Below, piece after piece: positions 35,401-44,103 of a stretch of DNA of 64,000 bases. The translations under genes were made by a program, and so were the position numbers. Below the pieces are notes generated by a model that worked only from the letters and a program-made list of their open reading frames with translations, was not told the origin of the DNA and did no database searches. This DNA is from a virus: IMG/VR virus record IMGVR_UViG_3300045988_035499. One strand, written 5' to 3'. How positions within the stretch are numbered: position 1 is the first letter of the stretch; each line of letters begins with the position of its first letter.

Positions 35401-35763
35401 TTAGCAATCACACTTAATATACTCACAATCACAACAAGAATTACAACCATTTGCTTTAGCTTCTTTTTGTTTTTGCTGTTGCTCTAGTAATCTGTTATAG
35501 TGATCTTTTACTTCATCACTTTCAACAAAGACATACTTTCTGTCATCATCTTTATCTATAGGATACAATTTTATTACCATAGTACCTTTAGTAACATTCC
35601 TTCTACATTTAGAACCATCTTTCTTTGTATAGATCCACTCTCCATCTTCGGGAATATACCACATACAGTCTGCGTAAAAACGATCTAGCAAGCTAATATT
35701 TTCTACTCCACTCTTGTAACCAATAACGATATCTCTATCTACTGAACAAATATACTTAATCAT
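35401..35763 (-). CDS. hypothetical protein with a Cys-rich C-terminus
   Basis: Intact 120-aa ORF ending ...NGCNSCCDCEYIKCDC. Confidence 0.5.
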   Translation of the reverse strand: MIKYICSVDRDIVIGYKSGVENISLLDRFYADCMWYIPEDGEWIYTKKDGSKCRRNVTKGTMVIKLYPIDKDDDRKYVFVESDEVKDHYNRLLEQQQKQKEAKANGCNSCCDCEYIKCDC

Positions 35764-35864
35764 AATATTAATCTATTCTATAACCTAAATAATATTCTTT
35801 ATTTAATCTCTCTAATATGCTTTCCGCAAGCTTCTACGGCACCTGCGGATTCACATACTCTGGG

Positions 35865-36197
35865 TTAGTCTTGTACTTCTGTACTATCTACTGAAATTCC
35901 TAAATCTCCTTCTATAGGCTCTGTTTCAACACATTTTTCATATTTACTTAACAGTTCATTACAAATACTATTTACCTGTTCAGTTCTGTTTTGTTCTACA
36001 CCTTCTTTACCGTTCTTTACTATAATAGTAGTAATAGCATCCATCATATCTTGAGCAAATGTTTCATACAGTAGTTCGCCTGCCTGTATCTTTTCATCTA
36101 CTACTTTATATAAATCTTTCATAGCCTTAGTAAGGTGCTCCTGATTAATGTTACCTTTTTCAAGACTCCACATTATTTTACTTTCTTCTATTGTCAT
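35865..36197 (-). CDS. hypothetical protein
   Basis: Intact 110-aa ORF. Confidence 0.45.
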   Translation of the reverse strand: MTIEESKIMWSLEKGNINQEHLTKAMKDLYKVVDEKIQAGELLYETFAQDMMDAITTIIVKNGKEGVEQNRTEQVNSICNELLSKYEKCVETEPIEGDLGISVDSTEVQD

Positions 36198-36204
36198 ATT
36201 GTTT

Positions 36205-36348
36205 TTATTTAAGTAAATCAGTTAATAAACTGAATATAGGTTTTCTAATGTTGTGTATGATCTTGTCTACAACTATATAGTCATCTGAGTCCCAAAACCC
36301 CTACTCCATCTCATATGCTTTCATGATATTATATCTATTAGCTATCAT
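36205..36348 (-). CDS. hypothetical small protein
   Basis: ATG 36348, one in-frame TAG, TAA 36205. Confidence 0.3.
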
Positions 36349-36370
36349 ATCATTAGCTCGATTGATAAGC

Positions 36371-36817
36371 TCATTGCTCTATATCATCATATAAGTCTTT
36401 TTTAAAATTGCTTATACTCTTACTTATACAACCAGCTGCCCACCCTACTAAGTAAGCATATGCTTCATTTCCTTCTGTGAAATCTTGAGAGAATATACCC
36501 AATTGACTATATATGTAATCTGCAACATGTACTGATTCATGTGGAATCATATCTGGAGTTATATCTTTCAGATCTATAGCTACTACTAAAACTCCATATA
36601 AACTATCAGATATACGCATTACAGGAATAGTAATCATACCACTATCGATATATCTAGAATCGTTAAGTATACTATCATAAGATGTTGGACTCTCTGTATA
36701 AGGATCTGCAATTTTCATAAATGAGAACACCTTATCTAGACCTTCTATCTTGTCTGCTACCCATAATTTCCTAGGATATACAACAGGGTCATGAGTTTCA
36801 ATCATTGGTTTCTTCAT
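36371..36817 (-). CDS. hypothetical protein with an HExxH motif (HESVH)
   Basis: Intact 148-aa ORF ending in TGA. Confidence 0.45.
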   Translation of the reverse strand: MKKPMIETHDPVVYPRKLWVADKIEGLDKVFSFMKIADPYTESPTSYDSILNDSRYIDSGMITIPVMRISDSLYGVLVVAIDLKDITPDMIPHESVHVADYIYSQLGIFSQDFTEGNEAYAYLVGWAAGCISKSISNFKKDLYDDIEQ

Positions 36818-36963
36818 ATCTTTTCTTGAGTTTAATCTTCCCTAGATAAGTAAATCTAATGGGTTTATTATTCATATTAGTTATAGCTTCATTAGTAAAC
36901 CTAAACGGGCTATTGCATATAACTTCTATTATTTGTCTTGGTAAGTTGTATTTATTACTTAAC

Positions 36964-37362
36964 TTAGTATATATACTCGTCTAATTTCTCATAAAGTTCT
37001 ACCTTTTTGTAATACCTACATGTATTTAAAGTAGTAGGTCCTGCAAATGTATTAGGTCTAACTAGGTTTATTATATTGGCAGTATCTACCCAATCTTCAT
37101 TATTATAACCACTGTCTTTGCACAGTATATTAAGTTTATTGCTCTCTACTTTACTATACTTACGTATAGGTTCGTATATCGCTGCATTAAAGTTAATTCC
37201 TGTATCATTTATCAATATCAGTTCAGTCCTACCTGGTATTATAGTAAACCTATTATAGGGTAGCTCTTTACGTCTAAGCCAAGCCCATACTTCCTTAAGT
37301 AGGCTATACTTTTTCCATGCTATTACTGAACCTGCTTCAATCATCATTGCTACCGCTTTCAT
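36964..37362 (-). CDS. hypothetical protein
   Basis: Intact 132-aa ORF. Confidence 0.45.
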   Translation of the reverse strand: MKAVAMMIEAGSVIAWKKYSLLKEVWAWLRRKELPYNRFTIIPGRTELILINDTGINFNAAIYEPIRKYSKVESNKLNILCKDSGYNNEDWVDTANIINLVRPNTFAGPTTLNTCRYYKKVELYEKLDEYIY

Positions 37363-37729
37363 CTTTACTTATTCTTAATACTATTGTTACTTGTACTCTA
37401 TCACCGATTATCTCTGGTACTAAAGCTTTACTCACCATCACTTCATCTTCTACTCTACCTTTTACAAGTATACCTTGATTCTTAAACTTAGTAATATATC
37501 TGCTGAGGTTATCAGGAGTAATACCTAGAATCTTTCTAATGTATTTCCTATTCTCTGTACTTATTACATTCTTACTGATATTAGGGAGCTTTGGTGTATT
37601 AATATCTATATCTATAAACGTTGCCAATAATTCTAACTCCCTATCAGTAAGATCAAGTATACCATTAAGTGACTTGAGGAATTCTTTATACAAATCGGTT
37701 TTAGACACAGTCTTAACCAATTTATTCAT
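37337..37729 (-). CDS. putative helix-turn-helix DNA-binding protein
   Basis: The segment RKILGITPDNLSRYITKFKNQGILV resembles a winged-HTH regulator. Confidence 0.45.
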   Translation of the reverse strand: MNKLVKTVSKTDLYKEFLKSLNGILDLTDRELELLATFIDIDINTPKLPNISKNVISTENRKYIRKILGITPDNLSRYITKFKNQGILVKGRVEDEVMVSKALVPEIIGDRVQVTIVLRISKDESGSNDD

Positions 37730-38117
37730 TATCCTTATTCATTAATCGTTTCTTAACTTCATTCAATACTTTTGTAAGGTTAAAGTAAACAGTCCTAGCT
37801 TCTACAAACATTGCTGGAGGAATCTCACCTTTATCTGCCTTCTCTTCAGCTGTTCTATAATCTTCTTCATACTGTTTATTTAACTTATCAATGAATGCTA
37901 AAGTATTATCAATTACTTGTGCATCAGATAACTCATCAATAGCAAGTAGATACTCATCTTCACAGTAACAGTCTGCAATATCATCGCTAATACTCATATA
38001 ACGATAAGTATTATCTTCTTCTACTTCTAGAGTAAACACTTCAGGATCTTCTACGCTATTAGTAAGAATATCACCTTTCTTTGCACAACCAAACTCTTTA
38101 ATTACTTTATATTTCAT
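37722..38117 (-). CDS. hypothetical acidic protein
   Basis: Intact 131-aa ORF. Confidence 0.45.
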   Translation of the reverse strand: MKYKVIKEFGCAKKGDILTNSVEDPEVFTLEVEEDNTYRYMSISDDIADCYCEDEYLLAIDELSDAQVIDNTLAFIDKLNKQYEEDYRTAEEKADKGEIPPAMFVEARTVYFNLTKVLNEVKKRLMNKDNE

Positions 38118-38129
38118 AATTTTATTTAT

Positions 38130-38275
38130 TAAATTTGTCTAATTTACAGGCAGCAAACCACATTAGGAATATACCACCTACAAATACACATATATCTGTT
38201 AACATACCCTTTAAACGCCTATATTATACTATTGTTAATAGCTTTTAACTTTTGTTAACAATTAGTTAACATATA
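38130..38275. promoter_or_regulatory. intergenic control region with GTTAAC-type repeats
   Basis: tctgttaacat, ttgttaatag, ttgttaacaattagttaacat. Lies between a terminator and gene 37722..38117. Confidence 0.35.
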
Positions 38276-38282
38276 AAAAGAA

Positions 38283-38312
38283 AGCCCAGCCTAAGCTGAG
38301 CCTTCTTTCTCT
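38283..38312 (-). terminator. intrinsic terminator
   Basis: On the minus sense, GCTCAGC-TTAG-GCTGGGC followed by TTTCTTTTTAT. Begins 14 nt after the stop of gene 38326..38679. Confidence 0.6.
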
Positions 38313-38325
38313 TACTTTATTAACA

Positions 38326-38679
38326 TTATTTGCAAATAGCAATGATGTCATATGTCTTAACTAATTGACTGTCCTTAAACAAATCAAAGTCTTTTGCAAA
38401 TCTCTTATTGTATACAACTATATCACCTACTTTAAACTCTTGGTCAGTCATAGATGCAGGCAACTGTAATACTACTCCTTTTGTAAAGTCAGATTCTACT
38501 TCCTTAGTTTCTGTTTTAGTTTCATATTCATTATAACCATCTTCATCTACAACACCAGTAGGAATCTGTTCTGTAAACTCTTTAGTAACCATAATAGGGT
38601 CTAAAGGTTTAATCCAAACATCTTTCAACATATTGTATTCCAGTCCATTAATGACTGTTTCTAGTACTTTATCTTCCAT
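38326..38679 (-). CDS. GroES-like co-chaperonin candidate
   Basis: IKPLDPIMV near the N-terminus and KVGDIVVYNK...YDIIAI near the C-terminus resemble the GroES/gp31 pattern. Similarity was judged by eye only. Confidence 0.35.
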   Translation of the reverse strand: MEDKVLETVINGLEYNMLKDVWIKPLDPIMVTKEFTEQIPTGVVDEDGYNEYETKTETKEVESDFTKGVVLQLPASMTDQEFKVGDIVVYNKRFAKDFDLFKDSQLVKTYDIIAICK

Positions 38680-38690
38680 ATTCTTTTAAC

Positions 38691-39020
38691 TTAGTTTCCT
38701 TCTATAACGTCTAAATCTAATTTATGTTGCTCTAATTTCACATAATCTTGATATGATACTTTAGCTCTTAAACTGAGAGGGCCATTATATGGATTTCTTC
38801 CTTCTACAAGATATACCGCATCGTCAGATAATACTACATTTACTATACCTTTAATAGTAGTTTGAGTAGTTATAAGTATATTCTCCTTTAAATAAAGTTC
38901 TGCTAACTCGTCCGTAGTAGCCCTTAATGCCTTGCTCAGTCTATTAAGCCTACTATTAAGCTTAGTCTGTTTCTCTCTTATACTATCGAACTCCTATCTT
39001 AATTCTTCTCTTTTTATCAT
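38691..39020 (-). CDS. hypothetical coiled-coil protein
   Basis: ATG 39020-39018, one in-frame TAG, TAA 38693-38691. Confidence 0.45.
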
Positions 39021-39220
39021 TTATCTACTAACTTTAGTATATTACCACCATTAGAGTTGCAGTATCTCCTAGCCATAGTAGGGCACTTAGGTATTCTTTC
39101 AAATGCGCAACCATCACAACTGCCACTACGTTGTGACCACACTGTATACTACTTATTTTCAATCTCTACTGGTATCCCCTTCTTTACTATCTCTGCTATT
39201 TCTGGATCGTATAATGTCAT
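39017..39220 (-). CDS. small Cys-rich protein (paralog of 39217..39411)
   Basis: ATG 39220-39218 in an ATGA overlap. One TAG. TGA 39019-39017. CDGC...C...YC pattern. Confidence 0.45.
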
Positions 39221-39411
39221 GCGTTCACCTTCTTAAGTATATAACCTTGTCTACAATAGTCTGTAATAGTCTTAGTACATAGGCCTTTCCCAAGTAAATC
39301 ACAACCCTGACAACCACCTGGAGATACTTCTGGTGCTAAGAAATAGTCTTTACCTTTAACATCTATATACTTACCTGAGTAAGCTATTGGTCTAATTACA
39401 TTTTTATTCAT
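39217..39411 (-). CDS. small Cys-rich protein
   Basis: Intact 64-aa ORF with a CQGC...C...YC pattern. Confidence 0.5.
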   Translation of the reverse strand: MNKNVIRPIAYSGKYIDVKGKDYFLAPEVSPGGCQGCDLLGKGLCTKTITDYCRQGYILKKVNA

Positions 39412-39412
39412 A

Positions 39413-39727
39413 TCAATCTAAATTATTTGTTTTACCTTTTCCATGTTTATCTAAGTAAAGCATAGCTATTGCGTTCCACGCTACAGCTGCTAAGTGATTT
39501 ACTTTAGTTTCGTCATCGATTTTATTACCTTTCTCATATTCAAGTAAGTGTCTTAACATAGCAGCTTTATAACGTTGGTAACCATTCTCTAGGTTCTGCC
39601 AATTATTGTCACCATACTTAATAGAACCAGCAGTATATAGCTTAACAATATCTTCAATTTCTTCTAGTGGTAGTAAATCCCACCTTAGTTTACTATCTTG
39701 GAAGTCATTCTTCTTTCCTTCTTTCAT
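39413..39727 (-). CDS. dATP/dGTP diphosphohydrolase-like (DUF5664-type) protein
   Basis: K.RWDLLP...GS.KYG.NNW...RH......HLAAVAWNA matches my recollection of that family's N-terminal domain. Confidence 0.45.
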   Translation of the reverse strand: MKEGKKNDFQDSKLRWDLLPLEEIEDIVKLYTAGSIKYGDNNWQNLENGYQRYKAAMLRHLLEYEKGNKIDDETKVNHLAAVAWNAIAMLYLDKHGKGKTNNLD

Positions 39728-39924
39728 AGTCCTAGTTTTTCTGCTTCCTCTGAACTTACGAGGCGTTTAAATACAAAATCATAATAGTAGTCACTCCATA
39801 CTATCTCTACAAAGCGTTTTAGCTCTTTATCGTAAACGATACCTTTGTAAGGGGAATCTAATTGGTGCATATCTTTACCAGAATATTTTCTATTCAGTAG
39901 TTGTTCTTGTGTATATTCTTTCAT
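39724..39924 (-). CDS. hypothetical protein
   Basis: Intact 66-aa ORF, the first gene of the minus-strand block. Confidence 0.45.
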   Translation of the reverse strand: MKEYTQEQLLNRKYSGKDMHQLDSPYKGIVYDKELKRFVEIVWSDYYYDFVFKRLVSSEEAEKLGL

Positions 39925-40322
39925 ATGTATTATCTAGAGTAAGTCTATACAGTGTTAACTTAATGGCTTAGTTTACTTATGATACTTAGTTCTACTGTAT
40001 TACTGTTCTACTGTCTAATAACAGTTAACGTATTAGACTACTTAATAGTTACTATGTTGTTAACGATATTAACAATTATTAAGAATGTTTATGGCTATTT
40101 AACATCAATATTTTAACATAGTTTAACAAAAAATTATATAAAAATTTTTTAAGAGGATTTGTGAATATATAGAATGAAAAAAAATTGGGTACCCTAGTGA
40201 GCGTGTGGACCAGCAAAGATTCACTCCCCTCTATTAAGTATTGGCAGGGAACACCCCGTACTGGCTTCGGTATTGGCGTTCCCTTTTATCGTGTATTGTG
40301 TAATTCTTAAAATTGTGTAGTT
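39925..40322. promoter_or_regulatory. divergent control region between the two transcription modules
   Basis: 398 nt without an ORF. At least seven (T)GTTAAC / TTAACA motifs at 39950-40135, an A/T tract, then a GC-rich structured segment. Confidence 0.5.
40196..40287 (+). ncRNA. GC-rich structured leader or small RNA ending in a terminator-like hairpin
   Basis: AGTGA...TCACT stem, then GGGAACACC-(19 nt with a CTTCGG)-GGCGTTCCC followed by TTTTAT. About 35 nt before the first plus-strand ATG. Confidence 0.35.
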
Positions 40323-40907
40323 ATGAAGTGCAATGTAACAAACTTTATTAAAGTGGAGAGAGAGAACGAAATGCCGTACTTTATTATTAAAGCAACGGGA
40401 GTCGAAGGTGATGAAAGTGCAAACGTAGTGGACGATGACGGATGTATTAATCCGTTTGCTATGATGTCGAGGCGTTTTAATTTCACAAAAACACTTTTTC
40501 CGTCAACGGACAAACAAGTAGAGCAATTAGAAAAGCTTTATGAGGTGGATGAGGACGGGAAAGTAGTTAAGGGTGCACCGATACGGCTAATGTCGGTCTC
40601 TTGGGCAACAGGAACAGAATTTTATATTAAAAAAGAAGGTTCTGTTACGGGAGTTTATGAGACAGAAGAAGAAGTAACGGAAAAGATAGTGCGTAACGGT
40701 AAGACTATCGAAGTTACTAAGACTAAGTATGCGCCGAAAGTGTTTAAAAGTGTCAATTTAACACTCTTTGAAAATGCGGACGGTACATGCGCCGAAAACG
40801 GTGGGAATGCGGATGCCTTATGCAAAAGAACGTTTGAGCGTGGACTTGAATCAGGTGCTTATATTCCGTGCGAAACTGCACCCGATATCACTGAGGTAAT
40901 CGCTTAA
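40323..40907 (+). CDS. hypothetical early protein
   Basis: 194-aa ORF with an ATG start (alternative ATG at 40371). Looks noticeably GC-richer than its neighbours. Followed by a terminator. Confidence 0.55.
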   Translation: MKCNVTNFIKVERENEMPYFIIKATGVEGDESANVVDDDGCINPFAMMSRRFNFTKTLFPSTDKQVEQLEKLYEVDEDGKVVKGAPIRLMSVSWATGTEFYIKKEGSVTGVYETEEEVTEKIVRNGKTIEVTKTKYAPKVFKSVNLTLFENADGTCAENGGNADALCKRTFERGLESGAYIPCETAPDITEVIA

Positions 40908-40935
40908 TATATAGCGGTTCTATCCAACAAACACT

Positions 40936-40965
40936 GCCTACAACTATGTAGGCTTTGTTTGCTTT
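40936..40965 (+). terminator. intrinsic terminator
   Basis: GCCTACA-acta-TGTAGGC followed by TTTGTTTGCTTT. Confidence 0.65.
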
Positions 40966-41003
40966 GCAAACCAACATTTATTATCAACATAACAACTTTG
41001 CCT

Positions 41004-41150
41004 ATGTATTCATTAATACACGGACTAATAAACATTATATCTGCCCTATTTTGTTATTACATTATAGGAGGGATTAATGGTGTAATCTTTTATCTCACCT
41101 TTAATGTGTTTCACATTCTATATCTTACCTTAAGATTAGATGATGAGTAA
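41004..41150 (+). CDS. small hydrophobic protein (hypothetical)
   Basis: ATG at 41004 inside track ORF 40959..41150. Two predicted TM helices. Confidence 0.3.
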   Translation: MYSLIHGLINIISALFCYYIIGGINGVIFYLTFNVFHILYLTLRLDDE

Positions 41151-41159
41151 GAGAACAAG

Positions 41160-41620
41160 TAAGTCTTAAGACTCGCAATAGTGCATGAGCGTTAGATGGC
41201 ACTTACGTTTAGATGTGGTAGTGTATAAAAACCACTCTAGTTCGAGCATACTATAAAAAGCTCATCTTGAAAAAACTCAATAACTTCGGAGTAGCGTAAG
41301 CTACGGAGTTGTGTAACAATCCCAAGACATTGAGGGCACCAGTTCTTTCATTCTTTCGTGGGAATACTACATGATTACAGTAGTATATTAGCGAAAAGGT
41401 AATCGTAATTGAATGAAAGTTTAATTGTAGAATTAGCTACTCTACAATTTAGTGAACGTTAGTGACGTTGTAATATAATTAGTCTTTAGAAGGACTATAT
41501 TACATTACTAAATAACTCCTCATCTTATTCTAGATATGTAAGATGAGGGCTATCGTATCTGTAGATACCTGATGAGTCTTTGAAAATTAAGACGAAATAG
41601 CAATTATTAACCAAATAAAC
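41160..41620 (+). ncRNA. ORF-free hairpin-dense island 1
   Basis: GTAA-capped stem GTAGC/GCTAC, 10-bp stem cctcatctta/taagatgagg (41518-41548), GTATC-TGTA-GATAC. Stops in all frames. Confidence 0.4.
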
Positions 41621-41626
41621 AACAAT

Positions 41627-41728
41627 ATGAAAGCAAACAATCAAGACATCGAATTCAAGATATGCACAGCATTAGCTATAGCTATGATAATAGCAAGTAT
41701 TGTTTGCTATCATATCTTTAATATTTAG
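41627..41728 (+). CDS. 33-aa hydrophobic peptide (hypothetical)
   Basis: ATG 41627, ends in TAG 41726-41728. Confidence 0.25.
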   Translation: MKANNQDIEFKICTALAIAMIIASIVCYHIFNI

Positions 41729-41732
41729 CGTT

Positions 41733-41969
41733 ATGGAAATAACTAAAACATTGTACAATTTATTAGGTAAAGAAGTAATAGTAGAATACTCTAATAAAAA
41801 AGTTCTTACTACAATAAGTATAATAGAGAACAATGAAGGAGTAATAACCTTCGTACTATCAAATGGTGATAAAATAGCATTAGATACAATAAGTTCAATT
41901 GTACATAATAATAGTACTACAACTATTACTTACAATGATGAAGGACTGATTGTATTTAAAATAGTCTAA
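41733..41969 (+). CDS. hypothetical protein
   Basis: ATG at 41733 within track ORF 41700..41969. Confidence 0.45.
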   Translation: MEITKTLYNLLGKEVIVEYSNKKVLTTISIIENNEGVITFVLSNGDKIALDTISSIVHNNSTTTITYNDEGLIVFKIV

Positions 41970-41974
41970 GAAAA

Positions 41975-42665
41975 CTTCAAAAACAGATTTATTCGCAAAG
42001 TAATTATTCTATGAAATGCAAATTAACTTCTAGTGTTGTGAAACACACAATCCACGTTTTAATTATAATAGTATAAGTTAGGTATGCCCTTATAAAGACT
42101 TAGGTAACGCTAAGGACTATACTATTATAATTCTCTTCTTAATGCAGCTAATATAGCAGTGACAAGCCTGTCTAATCGTCATAGAGACGTGAATGCAGAG
42201 TCAAGAAAACATAATCTTATTTACTATGCACAAGTAAATACAGATTATGAATCCACGTGGAAGGAAGATAGGTACAGTTGTAGGTTCCAGCTGAGTGCAT
42301 ACCTGATTAAGCAACCAAGCGAAAGTAAGTATAGCAAAATTAAGTCGTAGCGTTACGGCTTTACTTTAACAAATGAGTCCTGAACACTCATATAACGTAC
42401 TTACTGGTCTGACACTAACCAAAAATAAGTGTCACTCTTATATCTGAAACAGTTCTATAGATATAGGTAAGATTAGAAGAACATAGGTAGAAATCCTTTT
42501 AAAGGCACTTAGGCTAAGTGTAATATAGCCTGATAATAGAGTAAGAGAAAATGAGACGAGAATATCACCGTAGCTCTTAGCATAGCTTATAGTCATATAA
42601 CGTAACAGTTGACTATATTAATGCGCTTACTCTATTATTTTTATTGCATTAACTAACAAATAAAT
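41975..42665 (+). ncRNA. ORF-free hairpin-dense island 2
   Basis: Perfect 15-bp closing stem 42061-42075 / 42118-42132. Perfect 13-bp closing stem 42533-42545 / 42626-42638 followed by a T5 run. Confidence 0.45.
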
Positions 42666-42672
42666 CAATTAT

Positions 42673-42882
42673 ATGGAAACAAAAGTAGTACTAATAATCA
42701 CTGTTCATCTAATGCTGGGTATACTTGGATCTATACTTTTTCTTAAAGATATATATAGAACATACGGAGAGTTAACATTAGGCGATATATTAACGTTCTT
42801 AATAATTGCTCTTACAGGACCAATTACTCTACTAGCTTTATTAACAAAATATCTTGATAGATTTAAAATACTAAAAAAGTAA
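42673..42882 (+). CDS. small two-TM membrane protein
   Basis: Intact 69-aa ORF with an ATG start. Confidence 0.5.
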   Translation: METKVVLIITVHLMLGILGSILFLKDIYRTYGELTLGDILTFLIIALTGPITLLALLTKYLDRFKILKK

Positions 42883-43250
42883 CTAATAAATCATGTAAAT
42901 TAGAATCTTATTAATAAGTTAATGCAGTAAATATTACTGCATCTATACTGTGAGAATCAGTATCAACTTTGTGGGGCTTATATTTAGACAATGTGTGATA
43001 ATAGTTGCAAATATTATTATATAATCTAATATTAGTGCAGATGAAATCAAAGATAGTTCGTATTTGCGGTATTGCGGGATACGAACAAGTCAAGTCATTA
43101 TAAGACTGGGTAGCGTGATACAAAAAATCCTAGCTGACCTGTAGCTAGGTATCTTTAAGGTGAGAATCCTTGACAATCCTGTGGGGCTCATATCTTTAGC
43201 TGTCCATTCAACTTGCGCTGTAGTTGAAATCGGCAACCAGCAAAGTATTA

Positions 43251-43268
43251 GTGCAGACGTTAAAATCA
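43251..43268 (+). repeat. 18-nt motif GTGCAGACGTTAAAATCA, copy 1
   Basis: Identical to 45284-45301. A degenerate copy is at 43036-43049. Confidence 0.8.
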
Positions 43269-43432
43269 GGAACAACTACATCATTCCTAACAATATTATT
43301 AGTCATAAGCTTAACAACAATACGATGTAGCCAAGTATGCCCGTCTTTAGTATCTAACAAAACTACGTTTTGCCTGTTTTTGCTGTATTATTTTTAGCAA
43401 TTCATTCCAAATGACTAGTGTGTCATTACTAA

Positions 43433-43458
43433 TATACTTATCTGTGAAGATAGGTATA
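43433..43458 (+). repeat. 26-nt hairpin TATACTTATCT-GTGA-AGATAGGTATA, copy 1
   Basis: 11-bp stem with a GNRA loop. The copy at 45158-45183 differs by one A-to-G change that keeps pairing (A-U to G-U). Confidence 0.8.
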
Positions 43459-43588
43459 TTAGTTGCACTCATAAGGTAGCCTTCACGTGGCGAGTGTGTA
43501 AGTAGTAGGTTTAAAAAAGAAATCCAGTTTGTTTGCCTATGAAACTAATACCTTTATTTAATAGTATTAATCAATAATATATAATAGT

Positions 43589-43861
43589 ATGAAAAAGAAA
43601 GAATTATCTAAAAGACATCAAATAATTGTATATATGAATATACATTTACTTGAATTCCTTCTAAAAAGGCACTTACTAACTAATTTTATAGATGAAGCAG
43701 TTAGACAATCAAAGTGGCATATACCAGTATATAGAGAAGAACAAAAGTATTGTTATTTTTGTGAATTCTTTTCATGGACTAAATCAAAAAGAGGTTGCAA
43801 ATATTGGGCAACAATAGATTCAGATTTTGACATTTATTTATATAATCTAAAAACAGCATGA
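43589..43861 (+). CDS. hypothetical protein, tandem paralog A
   Basis: KRHQIIVYMN..LLEFLLKRHLL and W.KSKRGCKYW parallel the next ORF. Confidence 0.5.
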   Translation: MKKKELSKRHQIIVYMNIHLLEFLLKRHLLTNFIDEAVRQSKWHIPVYREEQKYCYFCEFFSWTKSKRGCKYWATIDSDFDIYLYNLKTA

Positions 43862-44103
43862 AAAAAATCAAAAGACATCGGTTCGTGATTAATCTACCTT
43901 CAACTTTACTACTTTTTCTTATTAAAGAAAGAGTATTAAGTAAATTTATATCTAATACTGTAGACTTTTTTTCTGGAAAAGGAAAAGGATTTATTTTAAT
44001 ACCTGATTTAGCCGAAAGTTACTTTGAATGGGAGAGCACTAAAGAGGGTCATAAATACTGGGAAGACTTAATTAATAAATATTATGAACAATATGATGAA
44101 TAA
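43858..44103 (+). CDS. hypothetical protein, tandem paralog B
   Basis: KRHRFVINLP..LLLFLIKERVL and WESTKEGHKYW. ATGA overlap with paralog A. Confidence 0.5.
   Translation: MKKIKRHRFVINLPSTLLLFLIKERVLSKFISNTVDFFSGKGKGFILIPDLAESYFEWESTKEGHKYWEDLINKYYEQYDE

Larger units (their letters stand above)
42885..43585 (+). ncRNA. ORF-free island 3 with duplicated RNA module
   Basis: Two tandem copies of GTGAGAATC..TGTGGGGCT.ATAT.TTAG..ATTAGTGCAGA.G..AAATCA (about 42950-43050 and 43165-43268), plus the GTGA-capped hairpin at 43433-43458. Confidence 0.45.

Noticed and set aside
6863-39219. TGA might also be reassigned (TGA-to-Trp occurs in other crAss-like phages).
   Set aside because: TGA closes genes at sensible ends with overlapping restarts (6863, 26130, 33236, 35085, 36371, 39017, 39217). 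It was never needed to join fragments.
42159-43275. ORFs 42159..42350 (+), 42911..43123 (-) and 43090..43275 (-).
   Set aside because: They sit inside hairpin-dense repeat islands, have non-ATG or context-free starts and overlap the repeated RNA modules.
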